Source: Promethearchaeota archaeon (GTDB taxonomy: Archaea > Asgardarchaeota > Lokiarchaeia > Sigyniarchaeales > SOKP01). Taken from it: a stretch of DNA of 11,454 nucleotides. This document shows, in pieces, positions 6,158 through 11,454 of the stretch (within the stretch, counting starts at the first letter, position 1; every line of letters begins with the position of its first letter). The stretch lies in assembly GCA_048940445.1 (NCBI GenBank), contig JBHLON010000067.1:1-11454 (forward strand), written 5' to 3'. Both the position numbers and the translations under genes were made by a program. The notes below the pieces were generated by a model, which worked only from the letters and a program-made list of their open reading frames with translations, ran no database searches and was not told the origin of the DNA.

Positions 6158-8659
6158 TTAAAATCTTGACTTAATAATTTCAGATATCAATTTGGGAAAT
6201 TCATTCCAATCTTTTATGGTAAGAAGCTGCCCTCCAGCTACTTTAACCATTTTCTTAGCATCTTTTAAGCTATATGAAGTTTCAGGACAAATCAAAATAA
6301 AGTCTACTCCCAAAGAACGCATTATTCTAATCTCTTCAATTCCATCACGAAGATCGAATATTTCTGCATCTGTAAATAACACATTTAATTTTTCACGAGA
6401 ACTTGAATATTCTTTAAACTGCTTATTAGCCCATTTGAGAGCACTCTGAATTCTTGTCCCTCCTCTCGCACTAACAGAAAGCAATTCATCAGCTAGTTGT
6501 TCTAAATCAACTTTTTCATTCAATTCCTTTAAAACATGAGTATCTGATTCAAAAAAAGTTACTCCAAATTCATCTTTACGCATACCATAACATAGCATAG
6601 TTACACAAATAGTCATATAAGCTAGTTTATCTCCTGACATTGAGCCACTAATATCTAATTCAAAACAACAAGATCGAAGTCCCTTTGCAGTCTCAAAAAC
6701 ATAAAAGTCATCATAATTTATGTGATCTAATTCCTTTCCTTTTTCTAATAGATTAAAAATAGTTTCTTCTAAATCTATATTTTCAAAGTCATCTCCGATA
6801 GTATATGGTCTTACTATGTTAATTGGGATAGGTCCGGTCGTAGCAGACCCTAAGCGAGCTCTAGAATAATATATACCTAACTCCACTAGTATTTTTTTTG
6901 CCAACTCTTTAACTTTCTGTCTTGTATGTTCTGGTAAAGTTTTACGGTGAATAAACCATTGTTTGAGTAAATTCTCGCCACTGCCAGCCGACAAACACGA
7001 AATAGTTTTTTCTTGTCCTTCTTTTCCTCCAATTTGCTGTGCTGCTTTCAAAGTTTCGCCTAAATTAAAATGACCTAAAGCAGCTAATGCTTCTCTATTA
7101 TCATTAGCTAAGGCACTACTGATTAATTCTTTAACCCGATCATAATTCAATTGATCTTTTACCTGATTGATTAAATTTGAGATTCTTTGAAAATCTCCGA
7201 TCTTTTTATCAATCATCTTTTTTAATAATTGATAGTTAGGTTCAATTAATTCAAAAATCTCTTCATCAGACATATTGAGTTTTTTTCCAATATCTTTAAT
7301 CATATCTGACTCTGGGTTCAAACCAATTTTTCTAAAAAATTCAAGAGCATTTCTAAGTTGTTCTGGAGTTTCACAAACTTCTAAAGTTTGTTTCATTAGG
7401 TTAGGGATTTGTTGAGCCATTTTTTGACTACAATGGATATTTGCACAACTATTCGCTAATTGTTGTAGGTGATGAGTTAGTGATTTAAATGCTTCAGGTT
7501 TTACTTTTTGTTTCATTGCATCTTCGATCGCGTTTTGAAGTGATTGATTAAATAGGTCATTCCATGATTTATCTGCAAATGCATTTTTAGTCAAACTTTC
7601 AAGAGATAAATTATTTTTGGAATTATGAAATTGCTCTTGAATTTTCTTTAACAGTTCCATTCGTATATTTGTTCCAAAATATTGATCTAAGGAGTTAGCT
7701 AGATTAAAATTATACTCAAAAGAAGAACTTTTTAATGAATTATTCATTACTTTTTGAAGATCAAATTGCGGAGTTTCCCCCAGTGTTTTTGCAGCATTAA
7801 ATAGTTGGTCTAAATTTGTGATTTGATTATGAAGTTGATTTTTAATATCTTTCAATTGATTTTTTATTTTGTTACTTTCAATAGTTTCATCTAAATATTT
7901 CATTGTTTGCAAAAGATCATTAACTTTGTTGTTTTTGATTAAGTCTTCTAACTCAGAAGTAATATCTTGATTTTCAAGCGCCTTAGCAGTAATTTTTTCC
8001 CATTCGCGAAGAGATTTCGATTGTATTAATTCATTTAAACCCAATTTAACTCCTGCTTCTATGTCATCTGGTTCTAATGAGTTAATTTTTTGTTCTAAAC
8101 GATCTTTTGCTTCTTCAATTAATTTTTCTAGTGATGAAATCTCCTCTTTATATAACTCAGAATCTTCGTTAAAAAAGTGCAATGCTGATTTATATGGTTC
8201 TTCTTCTCGTTTTTGATTCAAATCATTAAAAAATTCTTCTAATTCTAGAATTGATTCTTGATCAATCGATTTTGAAAATTCTATTTCATCTATTTCATCT
8301 TGAATTTGATCTAATTCTGATCTAATTTCACCAGAAACAATCTCATCATTAAATTCTTCTTTTGGTTCTTCATCACTAGGAAAAAATGACCCGAGCATAT
8401 CCTTCTTATAATTAGGAAAGAGGATTTCAAAAGCAATTTCCTTTGCTAGTTGTTGATTATCAGGAAAAGAGGTAACAGTGCTGATTTCTATATAATCATT
8501 TGGAGTCACTTTCCCAATTCTATAATATCGCGATAAAATTAATCTCGGAATTGAAAGAACTTGTCGTGAAGATGGAATTTGTACTATATCTGGATGACTT
8601 CTCATCTTTCTAATAAAATCAACGGCAAATTCACAGGGATTTTCTGGAAACACATGCAT
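6158..8659 (-). CDS. vWA (MIDAS) domain protein, MoxR partner: N-terminal AAA+-lid-like domain, long helical middle, C-terminal vWA
   Basis: Complete MIDAS motif: DISGS (DxSxS, D669), GGT and LFTD. It is preceded by VRPYTIGDDFENIDLEETI, which resembles the pre-vWA segment of DUF58/CoxE/chelatase-D-type proteins. The gene lies directly downstream of a MoxR ATPase. Confidence 0.9.
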   Translation of the reverse strand: MHVFPENPCEFAVDFIRKMRSHPDIVQIPSSRQVLSIPRLILSRYYRIGKVTPNDYIEISTVTSFPDNQQLAKEIAFEILFPNYKKDMLGSFFPSDEEPKEEFNDEIVSGEIRSELDQIQDEIDEIEFSKSIDQESILELEEFFNDLNQKREEEPYKSALHFFNEDSELYKEEISSLEKLIEEAKDRLEQKINSLEPDDIEAGVKLGLNELIQSKSLREWEKITAKALENQDITSELEDLIKNNKVNDLLQTMKYLDETIESNKIKNQLKDIKNQLHNQITNLDQLFNAAKTLGETPQFDLQKVMNNSLKSSSFEYNFNLANSLDQYFGTNIRMELLKKIQEQFHNSKNNLSLESLTKNAFADKSWNDLFNQSLQNAIEDAMKQKVKPEAFKSLTHHLQQLANSCANIHCSQKMAQQIPNLMKQTLEVCETPEQLRNALEFFRKIGLNPESDMIKDIGKKLNMSDEEIFELIEPNYQLLKKMIDKKIGDFQRISNLINQVKDQLNYDRVKELISSALANDNREALAALGHFNLGETLKAAQQIGGKEGQEKTISCLSAGSGENLLKQWFIHRKTLPEHTRQKVKELAKKILVELGIYYSRARLGSATTGPIPINIVRPYTIGDDFENIDLEETIFNLLEKGKELDHINYDDFYVFETAKGLRSCCFELDISGSMSGDKLAYMTICVTMLCYGMRKDEFGVTFFESDTHVLKELNEKVDLEQLADELLSVSARGGTRIQSALKWANKQFKEYSSSREKLNVLFTDAEIFDLRDGIEEIRIMRSLGVDFILICPETSYSLKDAKKMVKVAGGQLLTIKDWNEFPKLISEIIKSRF

Positions 8660-8670
8660 TAAGAAATGAT

Positions 8671-8676
8671 CCTCCT
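8671..8676 (-). promoter_or_regulatory. Shine-Dalgarno AGGAGG overlapping the MoxR stop codon
   Basis: The minus strand reads GCA-TAG-GAGGATCATTTCTTA-ATG. AGGAGG overlaps the TAG and lies 11 nt before the vWA start, consistent with translational coupling. Confidence 0.6.
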
Positions 8677-9616
8677 ATGCTCCTAATGTTTTATGAATAA
8701 CATTATCAATAATAGTTTCAACCCTTATACCTGGTTTTGGCTTAATACTTCCTAATAATACATATTTTGAGATTTCAGAAAGGTATTCATAAACAGAAGC
8801 ACTTTCTCCAATTTTTCCTTCTCTTTCAAGGAAACGCCTTCTAGCTAACATCTTAGCAATAGCGATTCCAGCTCTAATTGATGCTGGAACTTCAATATCA
8901 ATCTTATTTCTCCTAGTTTCATCAATTATTGAATAAATTAATTCTAATTCCGATTCTTCAATAGTAAAATGCTCTGGAAGATTAATTCGTATAATATCTA
9001 ATTCAGTAGTTTTATCTGGATATGTTAATTTTATCCAGACCTTGATTCTGTCTTTTAGAGCTTCTGAAAGACGATGAGTTCCAGATAGTTCTTCTGGATT
9101 CATGGCAGAAATAAAGAAGAAATCATCATCGGCTTTAATCCGCCCTAAGTGTGGAATACCTATTGAAGCTTCTTCTAAAGGCTCTAAAAGCGTGTTTTGT
9201 GAATATTCTGTAGCACGGTTAATTTCATTAGCTAAAAATGTGCCTCCTTCTAACATCGCACTGAGTAATGGACCTGGATTAAATGCTTCAAGAACAAAAC
9301 CTTTTTTTAAAGTTATGGCAGGATCAAAAGACCCTATAAAATGAGAAGGTTTTATACTTTCATCCATAGTCATCCAATAAAAACTCCTATTTTTATTCTC
9401 TTTAGCTCTTAGACTCGCGAAATATCTACACAAAATAGTTTTTCCAACTCCTGGTGGGCCAACTAAGGCAGGAAATAAACCAGTGGCCTCTGCATCTCTT
9501 AATAGTTCCAAGGCTTTTCCATATTGTCCAGACAAGACGATATTAATACTTTCTTCAGTAATATCTTTGATAAGATGTTGACTAAATAGTTGCTCAAAAT
9601 TTTCTTTATTAATCAT
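8675..9616 (-). CDS. MoxR-family (CbbQ/NorQ/GvpN-like, AAA_5) AAA+ ATPase
   Basis: Walker A GPPGVGKT, helix-2 insert ending FNPGPLLSAM, Walker B variant FLANEINRA, QNTLLEPLEE, pre-sensor-1 hairpin, sensor 1 SAMNP, Arg finger LSEALKDR, and a lid with sensor 2 ASIR. Confidence 0.93.
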   Translation of the reverse strand: MINKENFEQLFSQHLIKDITEESINIVLSGQYGKALELLRDAEATGLFPALVGPPGVGKTILCRYFASLRAKENKNRSFYWMTMDESIKPSHFIGSFDPAITLKKGFVLEAFNPGPLLSAMLEGGTFLANEINRATEYSQNTLLEPLEEASIGIPHLGRIKADDDFFFISAMNPEELSGTHRLSEALKDRIKVWIKLTYPDKTTELDIIRINLPEHFTIEESELELIYSIIDETRRNKIDIEVPASIRAGIAIAKMLARRRFLEREGKIGESASVYEYLSEISKYVLLGSIKPKPGIRVETIIDNVIHKTLGA

Positions 9617-9891
9617 ACCAATTTCTCAAATGAATCATAGAGATAAATATCTATTCCTTTATGAGAATATTAAATTAATGATAACTTAAAATTTTAAACC
9701 TAATATTTTAAAAAAATCATTAATCTAAAAGGAAATTAAGACAATGCCTTTAAGAATTTTTATTTAATTATATACCCATTATTTTAAATAATATTTTGTG
9801 TCTAATAATTTGTGAAAATAATAGAGATAAACAATTATATTGTTTTAAATGATTTATTGTAATAAGCGATTAAAAAAGGTAATTAAAAGAT
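9617..9891. promoter_or_regulatory. Divergent promoter region between the MoxR operon and the methyltransferase
   Basis: A 275-nt, very AT-rich non-coding gap between head-to-head genes. Several TATA-like hexamers are present, but none can be singled out. Confidence 0.5.
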
Positions 9892-10827
9892 TTGACTAAT
9901 AATAATAATTCACAGAAATCATTAATTGGATTTTTTGAAACGAAAAATCAACTAGAAGTGTATCTCTCATCAAAAAGGTATGAAAATAAAAAAAATAAAG
10001 CTATAATAGGAAACCCGCATCCTTTTTTAAAGTGGGCGGGAGGAAAAAGACAATTAATTCGTCAATTAAATAAATATATACCTGATAATTATAATCGTTA
10101 TATTGAACCTTTTGTTGGAGGAGGTGCATTATTTTTCTATCTTTTGCCTTCAAAAGCCATTTTAATTGATAGTAATTTTGAACTGGTTAATTGTTTTAAG
10201 GTTATAAAAGATAATGTTGAGGATTTAATAATATCATTGAAAAAACACAAATATGAAAAAGATTATTATTATAAAATCCGTGCAATGGATAGGAATATAC
10301 AAGTTTATTCAAATTTATCAAATAATGAAAGAGCTTCAAGGACAATCTATTTGAATAAGACAGGATTTAATGGGTTATATCGTGTTAATAGTAAAGGTTT
10401 CTTTAATGTGCCATTTGGTAGACATAAGAACCCAACTATCTGTGATGAAGATAATTTAAGAGCTGTTAATAAGGTTTTAAAGAATGTGAAAATAGTGCAT
10501 GGATCTTTTGAAATGTGTTTAGAATTTGCTGAGAAAAATGATTTTATTTATTTAGACCCTCCATATTATCCCATCTCTGAAACAGCATTGTTTACCAGTT
10601 ATACAAAACAGGATTTTGGAAAAGATTCTCAGCTAAATTTATTCGAAATTTTTAAAAAGTTAGATCAAATGGGATGTATGTTATTATTAAGTAATTCTTA
10701 TTGTGATTTTATATTAGATTTGTATAAGGATTATAAGATTATCAAAATGAAAGCCAAAAGAGCCATAAATTCTGTTTCATCTAAACGGGGTCAGATAAAT
10801 GAAGTATTAGTTACTAATTTCTCATAA
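9892..10827 (+). CDS. dam: Dam/DpnM-family (D12 class) DNA N6-adenine methyltransferase, apparently orphan, with N-terminal extension
   Basis: Motifs PFLKWAGGKRQL, YIEPFVGGGALFF (motif I), YLNKTGFNGLYRVNSKGFFNVPFG (Dam-type target recognition), FIYLDPPY (motif IV), LLSNS and EVLVTN. The TTG start is preceded by AAGGTAA, with an in-frame TAA at 9880-9882. Confidence 0.93.
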   Translation: MTNNNNSQKSLIGFFETKNQLEVYLSSKRYENKKNKAIIGNPHPFLKWAGGKRQLIRQLNKYIPDNYNRYIEPFVGGGALFFYLLPSKAILIDSNFELVNCFKVIKDNVEDLIISLKKHKYEKDYYYKIRAMDRNIQVYSNLSNNERASRTIYLNKTGFNGLYRVNSKGFFNVPFGRHKNPTICDEDNLRAVNKVLKNVKIVHGSFEMCLEFAEKNDFIYLDPPYYPISETALFTSYTKQDFGKDSQLNLFEIFKKLDQMGCMLLLSNSYCDFILDLYKDYKIIKMKAKRAINSVSSKRGQINEVLVTNFS

Positions 10828-10906
10828 TCTTAATAATTTAATATTTACTTTATAACAACAAATCTTTAATTTAATATGAAACCTTATTCTGATTATATAT
10901 AAATAA

Positions 10907-11454
10907 ATGTCTTTTGAGTGGTTAAAGATGCAATTAGAGCAATCATATCCCAATGCATATGATTATAGAATCACTAAGATGAAAAATAAAGTAATTACCG
11001 TACCACATGAATTATGTATTGAAAGGGCAAAACTCTTTACAGAATCATATAAAAAAACTAAAGGAGAACCATCGGTAATTCGTTTTGCGAAAGCTTTAAA
11101 TTACTTTTTGTCTAACATGACAATTAAAATTTGGGATGATGAATTTATCGTTGGAAATCGATGTACTAAATTTGTGGGAACTCCATTATATCCAGAGGTA
11201 CGAGTGGATACAATTGAGTTAGATTTGGATCTATACAGCACACGTGATGTTCAAAAATTCCTAATTTCTGATATAGACAAAGAATTTTTAAAAAATGAAA
11301 TCATTCCGTACTGGAAAATTGAGGAGGATACAGTAAAATCGAGATTTGATTCGTATTTGAGTCCTGATCTATTTGATCTAATGTTAATGATGATCTATAT
11401 TGTAGATGTTAATATTACAAATGGAGTTGGACATTTTTTTCCCGGTCATGAGAA
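10907..11454 (+). CDS. Glycyl-radical enzyme (PFL2 / dehydratase-like branch of the pyruvate formate-lyase superfamily), 3'-truncated
   Basis: Hand translation from ATG 10907 (alternative ATG 10928) is open to the edge: LCIERAKLFTESYKKTKGEPSVIRFAKAL, IKIWDDEFIVGNR, PLYPEV, EIIPYWK, GVGHFFPGHE. This is the characteristic GRE N-terminal pattern. The catalytic Cys and Gly loops lie outside the window. Confidence 0.9.
   Translation, partial: MSFEWLKMQLEQSYPNAYDYRITKMKNKVITVPHELCIERAKLFTESYKKTKGEPSVIRFAKALNYFLSNMTIKIWDDEFIVGNRCTKFVGTPLYPEVRVDTIELDLDLYSTRDVQKFLISDIDKEFLKNEIIPYWKIEEDTVKSRFDSYLSPDLFDLMLMMIYIVDVNITNGVGHFFPGHE

Noticed and set aside
3926-9344. Plus-strand ORFs 3926-4123, 6192-6449 and 9102-9344
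   Set aside because: Short and fully antisense to well-supported long genes.
6158-9616. Mg/Co-chelatase (ChlI/ChlD) assignment for the ATPase-vWA pair
   Set aside because: The ATPase motifs are MoxR/AAA_5-like, the vWA protein lacks a P-loop domain, and no ChlH/CobN or tetrapyrrole genes are in the window.
9637-9831. ATAGAGATAAA occurring twice (9637, 9821) and a near-tandem TAATAWTTTGTG at about 9789-9814
   Set aside because: Matches of this length are expected by chance in such an AT-rich intergenic region, and there is no array structure.
10630-10644. QLNLF in Dam resembles a bacterial beta-clamp binding motif
   Set aside because: It falls in a structural helix of the methyltransferase core, and the host is archaeal.

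Overview
AT-rich (about 28% GC by eye) archaeal chromosomal window, most consistent with an Asgard archaeon (Lokiarchaeia/Promethearchaeota-like). That assignment is inferred from Top6B, an archaeal-type CoaBC and a longin-like protein. The minus strand reads, right to left: MoxR-family AAA+ ATPase, 833-aa vWA protein, 790-aa SWIM-finger protein (these three tightly coupled), longin-like protein, coaBC, and top6B (cut by the left edge and missing from the ORF track). Divergently on the plus strand are an orphan Dam-family adenine methyltransferase and the 5' part of a glycyl-radical enzyme (cut by the right edge, also missing from the track). No RNA genes, CRISPR arrays or mobile elements were seen. 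The most interesting signals are: (1) a perfect PCNA-interacting (PIP) box, QKSLIGFF, in an N-terminal extension of the Dam methylase, suggesting clamp-tethered, DNMT1-like replication-coupled methylation; (2) a MoxR-vWA-SWIM module whose vWA partner begins with an isolated AAA+ lid and whose ATPase has an NE rather than DE Walker B; (3) an acidic insertion of about 110 aa in the Top6B ATPase domain.
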